A DNA stretch of 64,000 nt from Trueperaceae bacterium (GTDB lineage Bacteria; Deinococcota; Deinococci; Deinococcales; Trueperaceae), in NCBI GenBank assembly GCA_034520945.1, contig JAXHNB010000001.1:320001-384000 (forward strand), in the 5' to 3' direction. Below, one piece after another: positions 50,758 through 60,530 of this stretch. Numbering within the stretch: the stretch's first letter is position 1; every line of letters starts with the position of its first letter. Under the pieces are notes generated by a model. It saw only the letters and a list, made by a program, of their open reading frames with translations. It did no database searches and was not told the DNA's origin. The position numbers were made by a program, and so were the translations under genes.

Positions 50758-51464
50758 GCCGCCGCTCCGGGCCGTGGAAGCGGCGCGTCGCCCGAGAGCA
50801 CCTCGGGCAGCATCCGCATCCAGCGCACGTAGGTCAGGTGCGCCAGGTAGTCCAGCGCGTGGCGGGAGAGGCGCCGGTCCATCTCGATCGACATCATCGC
50901 CTCGCCCCCGCGGGTGCGGCGGGCGCTATGAAGGGTGGCGATGTTGCTTTCGTCGTCGGCGATGACGCGCGCCACGCGGGCGATCACGCCGGGGCGGTCG
51001 TCGTGGCGGATCAGCAGCGTGTGCGACCCGCCACCGAAGTCGATGCCGAAGCCGTCCACGTCGAAGACGCGCACCATGCCGCCGCCCAGGCTGGAGCCCG
51101 TCAGGCGGGCGTGCTCGACGTCGTCGCCGCTGCCGCCTTCGGTCTCGATCCGGACGGTGTTGGGGTGCACGTCGCCCAGGTCGGCGCTGCGCAGGGTCAC
51201 CTCGAGGCCCTGGCGGTCGGCCTCCGCGCGCGCGTCGGGCAGCCGCGGGTCGTCCGGCGCCATGCCCAGCAGGCCGGCGATCAGGGCGAGGTCGGTGCCG
51301 TGCCCGCGGGCCGTCTTCGCGAACGAGCCGTGCAGCGTGAAGGTCGCGCGCGTGGGCGGGACCCGGCGCGCGTGGCGCGCCAGCAGCGCCAGGCGGCAGG
51401 CACCTGCGGTGTGCGAGGAGGACGGCCCGATCATCACGGGACCGATCACGTCGAGGAGACCCAT
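50754..51464 (-). CDS. sdaAB: L-serine dehydratase beta subunit with an ACT domain
   Basis: [31 protein letters not shown] and DRPGVI...NIA. Confidence 0.93.
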   Translation of the reverse strand: MGLLDVIGPVMIGPSSSHTAGACRLALLARHARRVPPTRATFTLHGSFAKTARGHGTDLALIAGLLGMAPDDPRLPDARAEADRQGLEVTLRSADLGDVHPNTVRIETEGGSGDDVEHARLTGSSLGGGMVRVFDVDGFGIDFGGGSHTLLIRHDDRPGVIARVARVIADDESNIATLHSARRTRGGEAMMSIEMDRRLSRHALDYLAHLTYVRWMRMLPEVLSGDAPLPRPGAAA

Positions 51465-51519
51465 GGCCCGAGCCTAGCGCACCGGGCCTGTGCCCCTAGT
51501 GCGCGGCGCCCGGTACACG

Positions 51520-51545
51520 AGGGGCGGCCACGTACGGCCGCCCCT
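51520..51545 (-). terminator. Hairpin downstream of the HU gene
   Basis: AGGGGCGGCC-ACGTAC-GGCCGCCCCT. Confidence 0.55.
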
Positions 51546-51575
51546 GCGTCCCCATGATCTGCAGTCCGGAGGCGC

Positions 51576-51869
51576 TCAGTTCTTGACCTTTTCCTTCAGG
51601 CTCTTGCCCGGCTTGAAGGCGGGGTACTTGCTGGAAGGGATCTTGATCTTCTGGGTGGTGCCGGGCTTCACGCCGGTGCGGGCCTTGCGCTCGCGCACCT
51701 CGAACGTGCCGAAGCCGGTCAGCTGGACCTTGAAGTTGTTGTCCAGGTTGCTGCTGATCTTGTCCAGCATGACGTCCATGACTTCCTTGACGTCCTTCTT
51801 CTTCATGCCGGTTTCGTCAGAAACGATGTCGACGAGTTCCGCTTTCGAGACAGTCTTGCTTTTTGCCAT
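51576..51869 (-). CDS. hup: DNA-binding protein HU
   Basis: KAELV, V.L.GFGTFEVRERKARTG and PAFKPGK.LK; GGAGG RBS; TTGCCC-17-TACGGT promoter at 51905-51933. Confidence 0.95.
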   Translation of the reverse strand: MAKSKTVSKAELVDIVSDETGMKKKDVKEVMDVMLDKISSNLDNNFKVQLTGFGTFEVRERKARTGVKPGTTQKIKIPSSKYPAFKPGKSLKEKVKN

Positions 51870-51974
51870 GTCAGCGCCTCCTCCTTGAGCTTTGGCTTGA
51901 GAGCACCGTAGCACGCGTTTTCGCGCGGGGCAAGTGTGCGACGACGAAAAATGGATTGTTCGACATTCACCGCC

Positions 51975-52634
51975 TTATGCACCGGGGTCGCGTGCCCCCT
52001 CGGACGCCCCCTCCGGAGGCGCCTCGTCGGGCGGGAGGATCTTCGCGTGGGACGGCAAAAGTTCGTTCACGCGCTTCATGATGGTGCGGGTCGCGTCGCG
52101 GATGGCAGGGCGCCCGCGACCCTCCACCCGGAACGGCTCACCGAAGCGGACCCGGAAGCGTCGACCCTCGCGATGGATCGCCGCCGGCACCAGCGGTACG
52201 CCCCCGCGCTGCGCCAGGAAGGCGGCGCCGTCCAGCGCCTCGGCGTCCCGGCGGTGGCGCGTGCCTTGCACGAAGATCCCGATGGCGCGCCCCTGCTGCA
52301 GGCGGCGCAAGGCCTCCTTGATGGCGCCGATGTCGTTCGCGCTGCGGTCCACCGGAAACGCGTGCAAGCCCCGGAACAACAGGCGCGAGGGCAGCGAGAC
52401 GAAAAGCTCCTTCTTGGCCATGAAGCTGATCTCGCGCGGGACCGACACGCCCACCATGGGCGGATCCCAGCCGCTGAAGTGGTTCACCGCCAGCACCATG
52501 CCGCCCTCGCGCGGCAGGTGCGCCGTCCCCTCGATGCGCAGCCCGTACGCGACCCGCGCGAAAGCCTTGAACAGGAACCGGGCCGTCCAGTAGAACCAGG
52601 GGTGTTCGGCGACCCGCAACAAGAAGCGCGCCAT
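51975..52634 (-). CDS. plsC: 1-acyl-sn-glycerol-3-phosphate acyltransferase
   Basis: NHFSGWD (HxxxxD), FMAKKELF, FPVDR and F.QGTR. Confidence 0.88.
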   Translation of the reverse strand: MARFLLRVAEHPWFYWTARFLFKAFARVAYGLRIEGTAHLPREGGMVLAVNHFSGWDPPMVGVSVPREISFMAKKELFVSLPSRLLFRGLHAFPVDRSANDIGAIKEALRRLQQGRAIGIFVQGTRHRRDAEALDGAAFLAQRGGVPLVPAAIHREGRRFRVRFGEPFRVEGRGRPAIRDATRTIMKRVNELLPSHAKILPPDEAPPEGASEGARDPGA

Positions 52635-52738
52635 GCCCGCATGCTACCCGAGGGGCGAGCGGCCATCAGGCGTGGCCTCGGGGCGGCCGGGCCTGGTGGT
52701 GGCCGGCGGGGGCCGCGAGGCGGCGCGGACGCGCCGCG

Positions 52739-53668
52739 TCAGGGCCCGTCGCCTGCCTCTGTGGGCGTGTCCTCTGGGCGTGCGGTGGTGGCGGACGCCT
52801 CGGCCGCGACCAGCGCCCCCACCAGGAACAGCAGCAGCGCCAGGTACAACCACAACAGCAGCACCACCAGCGAGGCCACCACGCCGTACACCACGTTCAG
52901 GCGCGCCTCGTCGAACGCGTAGGGCAGCACGATTCGCATCCCCTGCAGGCCGGCCACGCTCACCAGCGCGCCGGCCGCCGCCCCGCGCCAATCGCTGGCC
53001 TGGCGCGGCAGGTACCGGAAGCACAGCGTGAACACCGCCACCGCCAACAGGATGCGCAGCGGCCCCGGGTCGGCCAGGAAGGCGGGCGGGTCCGGCAGGA
53101 CGAGCCCGACCGCCTCCAGGCGTTCGCTGGCGGCGCCCAGCACCGACCACGTCCAGCTGAGCAGCGAGCCGGCGATCAACTCCAGGATGATCACCATCCC
53201 CACGGTGGCCACCAGCAGCAGGGCCACGAATCGGGTGCGGACGAACCCGCGCGTGACGGGCACCTCGAAGATGACCTCCAGCGCACGCTGCAGCGAGGCG
53301 AAGAAGCCGCTGGACGCCCACAGCAGCACCAGCAGCGACAGCGCCGTCCGCACCAGCGTGCCTTCGGACAGTTGCGTGAGGGCGGCCTCGAAACTGCGGT
53401 CGATCAGCTCCTGCGAGTCCAGGCCCTCGGGCAGGACCGGCGTGAGCAGTTGCGCCAGCGCCTCGCGGTAGCGGGCCGCCAACTCCGGGCGCGCCCGCAG
53501 GGTCGACCCCAGCCAGCCGCCGAGCAGCAACAGCAGCGGCCCCAGCGAGAAGGCCGCGTAGTACGCCAGCGCGGCAGCCAGCATCGTCACGCGCGCGCGG
53601 CTGGCGCGCGCCACGAAGCGGCGCAACGGCGGGACCAGCCGGCGACCCAGGTCGCGCGCGGTCTTCAC
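52739..53668 (-). CDS. YihY/virulence factor BrkB family membrane protein
   Basis: AAALAYYAAFSL.P, LWASS and VYG...SLVVLLLWLY. Confidence 0.88.
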   Translation of the reverse strand: MKTARDLGRRLVPPLRRFVARASRARVTMLAAALAYYAAFSLGPLLLLLGGWLGSTLRARPELAARYREALAQLLTPVLPEGLDSQELIDRSFEAALTQLSEGTLVRTALSLLVLLWASSGFFASLQRALEVIFEVPVTRGFVRTRFVALLLVATVGMVIILELIAGSLLSWTWSVLGAASERLEAVGLVLPDPPAFLADPGPLRILLAVAVFTLCFRYLPRQASDWRGAAAGALVSVAGLQGMRIVLPYAFDEARLNVVYGVVASLVVLLLWLYLALLLFLVGALVAAEASATTARPEDTPTEAGDGP

Positions 53669-53673
53669 GGGTC

Positions 53674-54165
53674 TCAGGCGTCGTGCTTCAGGCGGCGGCG
53701 CTCCAGCAGGATGGCCGCCAGGATGCCGCCGACGGCGATGAGGGCGTGCAGCAGCACCCAGCCGGCGGCGTTGGGCTCCCAGGGGAGCTCGACGCGGAAC
53801 AGGGTGCGCTGCGACAGCAGCAGGGTGGCGAGCTGCGGCGCGATCAGCAGGGCGGGGGATAGGATCAACGCCGGCCAGCGCCAGGCGTACTCCAGGCCCA
53901 GCATGCCCAGCAGGTTGCCGGACAGGACGACCGGCATCATCACCAGCCATTCGCTGTCGCCGGCCAGCAGGCCGAGGGGCGGCGCCAACAGCGCCGCCAG
54001 GTACGCCCACGGCATGCCGCCCATGGCGAATCCGAGGTAGGCGCAGGCGAGGATCCCCACGCTGCGCAGCACCAGCGGGATCGGCGCGACGGCGAACACG
54101 AACGCGGCCAGCAGCAGGAACACGCCCGTGAATATGCTTTGCGGCGCGGGGGCCGGTCGGATCAC
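53674..54165 (-). CDS. Hypothetical integral membrane protein
   Basis: About five hydrophobic segments; TAGGAT 6 nt before the GTG. Confidence 0.7.
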   Translation of the reverse strand: MIRPAPAPQSIFTGVFLLLAAFVFAVAPIPLVLRSVGILACAYLGFAMGGMPWAYLAALLAPPLGLLAGDSEWLVMMPVVLSGNLLGMLGLEYAWRWPALILSPALLIAPQLATLLLSQRTLFRVELPWEPNAAGWVLLHALIAVGGILAAILLERRRLKHDA

Positions 54166-54209
54166 GCCCGCATCCTAGCCCGGCCGTCCGTCCGGCGCCC
54201 TGCGCGCGT

Positions 54210-57098
54210 TCATGCCAGCTCCGTCGCTCGGGCGGCGTCCTCGTCGCGGATCCCCAGGCGCGCAGCGATGGCCGGCACCTTGCGGAGGAAGGCGCCGGTG
54301 GAGGAGTCCGGGTTGGCGGCCACCTGCTCGGGCGTGCCGGTCGCGACCAGCTCGCCGCCGTACGCGCCGCCGGCCGGCCCGAGGTCCACGATCCAGTCGG
54401 AGGTCTTGATCACGTCCATGTCGTGCTCGATCACCAGCACGGTGTTGCTGCCCTCCACCAGGCGGTGCAGCACGTTCAGGAGTTTCTGCACGTCGTCGAA
54501 GTGCAGCCCGGTGGTGGGCTCGTCCAGGATGTACAGCGTGCGGCCGGTGGAGCGCTTGCCCAGCTCGGAGGCCAGCTTGACGCGCTGCGCCTCGCCGCCG
54601 GAGAGGGTGGGGCTGGGCTGGCCGATCTTGGCGTACTCCAGGCCGACGTCCTTCATGAGCTGCAGCTTGCGCGCGATGGAGGGGATGTTCTCGAAGAAGC
54701 CGAGGCCCTCCTCGACCGTCATCTCCAGCACGTCGCTGATCGACCTGCCGCGGATCTTGACCTCGAGCGTCTCGCGGTTGTAGCGGGCGCCCTTGCACAC
54801 CTCGCACGGCACGTACACGTCCGGCAGGAAGTACATCTCGACCTTGACGGTGCCGTCGCCCTTGCAGGCCTCGCAGCGCCCGCCCTTGACGTTGAAGCTG
54901 AAGCGGCCCGGCTTGTAGCCCCGCTTGCGCGCCTCCGGCGCCCGCGCGAACAGGTCGCGGATCTCGGTGAAGATCCCGGTGTAGGTGGCGGGGTTGCTGC
55001 GCGGCGTGCGGCCGATGGGGCTCTGGTCGATCTCGATCACCTTGTCGACGTGCTCGGTGCCGAGGATCTTGTCGTGCGCGCCGGGGCTGGCCTTGGCGCG
55101 GTACAGCTGCTTGGCCATCGACTTGTGCAGGATCTCGTGCACCAGCGTGCTCTTGCCCGAGCCCGACGCGCCGGTGATGCAGGTCAGGGTGCCGAGGGGC
55201 AACTCGACGTCCAGGTTCTTCAGGTTGTGCTCCCGCGCGTTCTTGATGGTCAGCCGCTTGCCGGTGCCGTCCCGTCGCGTGGTGGGGGTCGCGATTTCGC
55301 GGTCGCCGCGCAGGTAGGCGGCGGTGAGGCTGGTCTCGTGCTGCGCCAACTCGTCGGGCGTGCCGCTGGCGACGACCTCGCCGCCGTACACCCCGGCGCC
55401 GGGCCCGAGGTCGACGATCCAGTCGGCGGCGCGCATGGTGTCCTCGTCGTGCTCGACCACGATCAGGGTGTTGCCCAGGTCGCGCAGGTTCTTCAGGGTG
55501 CGCAACAGCCGCGCGTTGTCGCGCGGGTGCAGCCCGATCGAGGGCTCGTCCAGCACGTACAGCACGCCGGTCAGGCCGCTGCCGACCTGCGTCGCCAGGC
55601 GGATGCGCTGCGCCTCGCCGCCCGAGAGGGTGTTGGCGCTGCGGTCCAGGCTCAAGTAGTCGAGCCCGACGTCCTCCAGGAACCCCAGCCGGTTGGACAC
55701 CTCCCGCATGATCGGCTTGGCGACCTCGCCGGCGGCGCCCGCCAGGTTCAGCCCGCCGAAGTACGCCGCGGCGTCCAGCACCGTCATCCCGCTGACCTCC
55801 GCGATGTTGCGGCCGGCCACGGTGACGGCCAGCACCTCGCGCTTGTAGCGCGTCCCCCCGCAATGCCCGCAGGGGACCAGGCTCATGAACGCCTCCAACC
55901 GTTCGCGGGCGGTCTCGCTGCCCGCCTCCGCCAGGCGCCGATCCAGATTGGGGATGACCCCCTCGAAGTCGGCCTTGAAGCGCATGGTCTCCTTGCCGCC
56001 CCGCCGGTACACCACCTCGATCGGCTCCTGACTGCCGTACAGGATCGTCTGCTGCGCCTCCTCGGGCAGGTCCTTCCAGCGCGCGTCCAGCTCGAAGCCC
56101 AGGTTGTCGGCCAGCGCGCGAAGGCGGTCCCAGTAGAACACCTTGCTGCCGCCGTCCCGGGCGCCGGTCCACGGCACGATCGCGCCGCGCGCCAACGACT
56201 TGCTGGTGTCCGGCACCACCAGGTCCGGGTCGAACTGCTGCAGGAACCCCAGCCCGGAACAGTGCGGGCAGGCGCCGTAGGGGCTGTTGAAGCTGAACAC
56301 GCGCGGCTCGAGCTCCTCGAGGAAGGTGCCGTGCTCGGGGCAGGCGAACCGCTCGCTGAACAGCTCGTCCACCTCGCGGTCCGGCAGCCACACCCGCATC
56401 AGGCCGTCGCCGCGCGCCAGCGCCAACTCGGTGGACTCGGCCAGCCGGGAGCGGTCCTCCTCCTTGATGACGACCCGGTCGACCACCACGTCGATGTCGT
56501 GCTTCTCGTAGCGTTCCAGTTCGACCTTGAGCGCCTCGTCCAGCGTCTGCACCACGCCGTCGACCCGCACGCGGGCGAAGCCTTCCTTCTTGAGCTCCTC
56601 GAACAGCTTCTTGTACTCGCCCTTGCGGCGCCGCACTACCGGCGCCAGCAGCATGGCGCGGCCGTCGGAATAGCGCTCCAGCATGCGATCCACGATCTCG
56701 CTGGGCGACTGGCGGGTGATCTCGCGGCCGCACTCGGGGCAGTGCGGCGTGCCCGCCCGGGCGAACAGCAGGCGCAGGTAGTCGTGAATCTCGGTGACGG
56801 TGCCGACGGTGCTGCGCGGGTTGTGGCTGGTGGTCTTCTGGTCGATGCTGATGGCGGGGCTGAGGCCCAGGATGGCGTCGACGTCGGGCTTGTCCATCAC
56901 CCCCAGGAACTGCCGCGCGTACGCGGACAGACTCTCGACGTAGCGCCGTTGCCCTTCGGCGTAGATGGTGTCGAAGGCCAGGGTGCTTTTGCCCGAGCCG
57001 GACACGCCGGTGAACACGATGAACGCGTTGCGCGGCAGCGTGATGTCGACGTCCTTGAGGTTGTGTTCACGGGCGCCACGGATGGTGAGGTCCTGCAA
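54210..57098 (-). CDS. uvrA: Excinuclease ABC subunit A
   Basis: [23 protein letters not shown], two LSGGEAQR signatures and zinc fingers; GGAGG RBS before the TTG. Confidence 0.98.
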   Translation of the reverse strand: MQDLTIRGAREHNLKDVDITLPRNAFIVFTGVSGSGKSTLAFDTIYAEGQRRYVESLSAYARQFLGVMDKPDVDAILGLSPAISIDQKTTSHNPRSTVGTVTEIHDYLRLLFARAGTPHCPECGREITRQSPSEIVDRMLERYSDGRAMLLAPVVRRRKGEYKKLFEELKKEGFARVRVDGVVQTLDEALKVELERYEKHDIDVVVDRVVIKEEDRSRLAESTELALARGDGLMRVWLPDREVDELFSERFACPEHGTFLEELEPRVFSFNSPYGACPHCSGLGFLQQFDPDLVVPDTSKSLARGAIVPWTGARDGGSKVFYWDRLRALADNLGFELDARWKDLPEEAQQTILYGSQEPIEVVYRRGGKETMRFKADFEGVIPNLDRRLAEAGSETARERLEAFMSLVPCGHCGGTRYKREVLAVTVAGRNIAEVSGMTVLDAAAYFGGLNLAGAAGEVAKPIMREVSNRLGFLEDVGLDYLSLDRSANTLSGGEAQRIRLATQVGSGLTGVLYVLDEPSIGLHPRDNARLLRTLKNLRDLGNTLIVVEHDEDTMRAADWIVDLGPGAGVYGGEVVASGTPDELAQHETSLTAAYLRGDREIATPTTRRDGTGKRLTIKNAREHNLKNLDVELPLGTLTCITGASGSGKSTLVHEILHKSMAKQLYRAKASPGAHDKILGTEHVDKVIEIDQSPIGRTPRSNPATYTGIFTEIRDLFARAPEARKRGYKPGRFSFNVKGGRCEACKGDGTVKVEMYFLPDVYVPCEVCKGARYNRETLEVKIRGRSISDVLEMTVEEGLGFFENIPSIARKLQLMKDVGLEYAKIGQPSPTLSGGEAQRVKLASELGKRSTGRTLYILDEPTTGLHFDDVQKLLNVLHRLVEGSNTVLVIEHDMDVIKTSDWIVDLGPAGGAYGGELVATGTPEQVAANPDSSTGAFLRKVPAIAARLGIRDEDAARATELA

Positions 57099-57367
57099 GG
57101 GAGGTGCCTCCTTCGTGCCGGAGCACGAGATATTGCGTCAAGAACGCGCGTATGGGCGTGATGCCCCTCCGCGCGCGAACGGGCTAGTCTATCAGAGGAA
57201 CGCACCCGGGCGCACGGCCGGACGTAGGGGCCGCAGCCGCGCGCCGCGGCGGTCTGCTAGAATCCGCCCGATCAAGGCGCACGGCCACTGCGCTCATGGC
57301 GCGCCGTGCAGCGCGACGCGGCCGCGCGGACCCGGGCCGCTCGCGCGCACCAAGGAGGCACATTCCC

Positions 57368-57676
57368 ATGCCACGCATCGACCCCACCCTGGCCCTGTAC
57401 GCCCTCGCCCTCGCCATCGGCGGCGCCCTGTTCGTGCTGTTGTTCTGGGCGATCGCCGCCATCAACCTCCAGACCGGCAGCGGGCTGATCGCGGATCTGG
57501 GCCTGAGCGGCCTGTGGCAGACGCTGTTCTACGCCTACCCGTTCGTGACGTTCTTGGCCGTGGTCGGCGGGATCGTCGCCTTCCTGGTGGACCGCTACCA
57601 GGCGGCGCTCGGCTTCGCGGGCCTGCCCGTGGCCGGGGTGGCGGTCTACTACCTGGCGCTCACCCTCTGGTACTGA
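57368..57676 (+). CDS. Small hypothetical membrane protein
   Basis: Three TM segments; AAGGAGG RBS. Confidence 0.7.
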   Translation: MPRIDPTLALYALALAIGGALFVLLFWAIAAINLQTGSGLIADLGLSGLWQTLFYAYPFVTFLAVVGGIVAFLVDRYQAALGFAGLPVAGVAVYYLALTLWY

Positions 57677-57747
57677 TTCGCGGGGGTCGAGCGCGCCGCA
57701 GGTCCTGAGCTGCCGGCTCGAGGCCCCTGCGTGTCCGAGTCCTACAC

Positions 57748-57787
57748 AACGCGCTGCGCGGCCGGGTCGCGGTCCGCGCAGCGCGTT
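57748..57787. terminator. 14-bp-stem hairpin between convergent genes
   Basis: AACGCGCTGCGCGG...CCGCGCAGCGCGTT. Confidence 0.55.
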
Positions 57788-57831
57788 CGTGCGTCGTGCG
57801 TGGGGAGCTGCCCCGTGCACGGGGGTTCAGG

Positions 57832-58743
57832 TCACGGAATGTCGACGCGTGCCACGTTGAACGGAAGCTCCGGCTCGCCGCCCTGCCGGTCGAACTGCGA
57901 GTTCACCACCAGCAGGTTGCCGTCGGCGATGGCGGCGGTGGTGGGGAACTGGAACAGGTCGCTGCTGATGGGGTCTCCGGCCGGGTCGACGCTGTCACCG
58001 GACTCGGAGAGCGTCAAGCGGTCCACCTGCCCGAACTGGTTGCGCACCACGTACAGCGTGTCGCCGTCGCGCACCAAGCCGTCGCCGGCCGTCACCGGCT
58101 CGGCGCTGCTCTCCACCTGGCTGACCTGCAGCGTGCCGAGATCGACCCGGTACAGGTTGCCGTTGCCGGAGTGCACGATCACCAGCGCGTTTCCGTCCGG
58201 GCTGACCACGATGCCGTTGGCGTTGAACTGCTGATCATAGGGGAACACCGTGTCTTCGAACGACATGAAGCTGGTCAGCTCGCTCAACATGTTGCCCGCG
58301 CCGATGCGGAACAGCTCCGGGCGGGCCGAGTCGGTCACGTACACGGCGTCGTTCACGAAGGTGAGGTCGTTCAGGAAGGTCGCCTCCGCCTCGGGCGTGG
58401 CGTACTCCTCGATCAGTTCGCCGCTGTCGGTGTCGTACACGAACACGTTGCCGGTCGGGCCGCCGGCCACCCACAGGCGACCGTACGGGTCGACCTCCAA
58501 ACCGATCGCGGTCGGTGCGGCGCCCTCGGCCAGGACACTCACCTCGCCGCTCTGCACGTCGCCCTGGTAGATGGTGCCGCTGGTGGTGCTGCCGACATAG
58601 AAGGTGCTGCCGTCCTCGCTCACGGCGATCCCTTCGGGGAAGACCTGGTCGCCTGGAAGTTCGTACCTGTCGGGCTGAGCTACGACGGCTCCGAACAGAG
58701 CCACCACGAGTGTGACGAGTACGGTGCGTGCGAAATCGGTCAT
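57832..58743 (-). CDS. Secreted SMP-30/gluconolactonase-like beta-propeller protein
   Basis: Signal peptide, FPEGIA, FLNDL, YVTDS, NGIV, GDGL and FPTT; GGAGGGAG upstream. Confidence 0.85.
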   Translation of the reverse strand: MTDFARTVLVTLVVALFGAVVAQPDRYELPGDQVFPEGIAVSEDGSTFYVGSTTSGTIYQGDVQSGEVSVLAEGAAPTAIGLEVDPYGRLWVAGGPTGNVFVYDTDSGELIEEYATPEAEATFLNDLTFVNDAVYVTDSARPELFRIGAGNMLSELTSFMSFEDTVFPYDQQFNANGIVVSPDGNALVIVHSGNGNLYRVDLGTLQVSQVESSAEPVTAGDGLVRDGDTLYVVRNQFGQVDRLTLSESGDSVDPAGDPISSDLFQFPTTAAIADGNLLVVNSQFDRQGGEPELPFNVARVDIP

Positions 58744-58820
58744 GGTGTCACTCCCTCCGCCCTTCACCGTAGGACGGCAGACCCGCACGATTCGTGTTCC
58801 GGCCATCAGTGCCGTGCCCG

Positions 58821-60200
58821 TCACGGGTCGTTCAGGTCGACGGGGATGACGGTGCGCCCCACGGCCGCGATGCGGTCCAGGCCCGGCCGGCGGCCCGCGG
58901 GCTGCGCCTTCACGCCGAGCGCATCGGCCACCGCCGAGACGCGGAACACGGTCGGCAGGCCGTAGGCCGTGGGCACGATCACGCCCAAGCGTTGCAGGGC
59001 CCGCAGGTAGCGGCCCGCCGTACGGCGCTGCGCCACGCCGGCTGCGACCAGGTGCTGGATGCCGACGTAGGGCTGGCGCGCCAGCAGCTGCGCCAGGCGC
59101 GGGGCGCCGATACGGCGCCGGCCCAGCAGGTCGCGGCCGTCGGGGCCCTCCAGTCGTGCGAGCACCGCCCGGTACGCCCGCACGTAGGCGCACCAGCGGG
59201 CCCACGTCGCGTCCACGGCGCTGCGGACGAGCTCGAAGAACGTACGGACCCACGCGTCCCACGATCCGGTCCGGCCGACGGCCCGCAGCGCCTGCACGCA
59301 TGCCGCCTCCCGCGCGCGCAGTTCGTGCGCCAGACCGATGCGCGCCGCGGCGCCACCCGGCACGCGCCGGAGGGCGCGATCGACGGCCAGGACCGCCATG
59401 CGCCCGTTGGCTTGCCGGAAGGGGTGCAACAGCCGCATCCGTCCGTACACGACCGCTGCGCGCAGCAACGGGTCCGGCGGCGGCGCGTGCGGGGCCAGCG
59501 CGGCGGCGTGCGCGGGCGTCTCGTCGGGGGCGCCGCCGTGCGCGTCCGCCGGCTCGCGGGGGCCGCCCGGATCGTAGGGTTCGTCGGGGGCGGCCCAGGT
59601 GGCCAGCGCCGCCAGCTGGGCACGCAGGTAGGTGCGGCCGGCCGGCGGGCGGCGGAGCACCTTCGATCGTTGGATGGGACCCTGGTACCCGCGCGTGTGC
59701 CGCAGGCGCGTACCCGGACCGCAGGCGCGAGACGCCAGCGCCTCCAGTCCCGCGGGGCCGAGCGCCGTTCGTAGGCCGCCCGGTCCGGACGTGTTCGGGA
59801 TCGGCGCCACGGATCCGCCTCGTTCCGCCGTGTACCAGGCGTGAACGTCGACCAAGCTGGCCTCGAGGGAGCGTTCCGGCAGGGCGCGGTCGCCCATCGC
59901 GGCGCGCCACAGGACCGTGTCCACCTCGAACGGGAACCCGTCCAGCGCGCAGGCGTGCACGGTGTCGAGCCAGCCCTGCAGCCGCCAGAACCCTTCGGCG
60001 TCCGGCGTCCTGGGCGCCCCGTCGTCCACGAGCGTTGGCTGCAACGCCAGGTTCACCCGCAGGTCGGCGGCGTGCGGGAGCAGGTCGCGCAGCGCGTCGG
60101 GGCCGGTCGGCAGGTCCGGCATCTCTCGTTTCCGTCGGTCCTGATCCAGCCTGCGGGCAGTGCCCAGATCTTCGTCGTGCTGCGTTCCATCGTGCGCCAT
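58821..60200 (-). CDS. Divergent Fic family protein with a C-terminal winged helix
   Basis: DPLLRAA...LHPFRQANGR, W..W..F and QPY....LV..G...RTA..YL..L...G. The start is uncertain (alternative 60122). Confidence 0.75.
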   Translation of the reverse strand: MAHDGTQHDEDLGTARRLDQDRRKREMPDLPTGPDALRDLLPHAADLRVNLALQPTLVDDGAPRTPDAEGFWRLQGWLDTVHACALDGFPFEVDTVLWRAAMGDRALPERSLEASLVDVHAWYTAERGGSVAPIPNTSGPGGLRTALGPAGLEALASRACGPGTRLRHTRGYQGPIQRSKVLRRPPAGRTYLRAQLAALATWAAPDEPYDPGGPREPADAHGGAPDETPAHAAALAPHAPPPDPLLRAAVVYGRMRLLHPFRQANGRMAVLAVDRALRRVPGGAAARIGLAHELRAREAACVQALRAVGRTGSWDAWVRTFFELVRSAVDATWARWCAYVRAYRAVLARLEGPDGRDLLGRRRIGAPRLAQLLARQPYVGIQHLVAAGVAQRRTAGRYLRALQRLGVIVPTAYGLPTVFRVSAVADALGVKAQPAGRRPGLDRIAAVGRTVIPVDLNDP

Positions 60201-60343
60201 GCCGCATGATCCGTTGCGAGACGCGGCGTCGTGGGCGGCTTCGGTTCGGCGGCCGAGCAGGCGTCGGCGCAGGCCCGCACCCCCGCAGCATGCACCGCCC
60301 GGTCCCCCTTCATACGCCCGGTGCGGGGCGCGGGGATTCGTTG

Positions 60344-60487
60344 CGGAGCCCCTCGATGCCCATGGGCATCAACGGGCCCAACGTGCGCATGTCGACAATC
60401 GCGGTGCGTGAGGGACGGGGCTCCTCCCCCGATCCGGCCCGAGGTTGGGTATTTCGGCGTCGTTGATGCCCATGGGCATCAAGGCGG
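60344..60487. repeat. 144-bp palindromic-ended element, copy B (REPIN/MITE-like)
   Basis: TCGATGCCCATGGGCATCAA and TTGATGCCCATGGGCATCAA with centres at 60361 and 60471, 110 bp apart. Confidence 0.85.
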
Positions 60488-60530
60488 TTCGCGAGGAGGT
60501 AGACAGCGAGCCTCGGCCGCCCCCTCGTCC

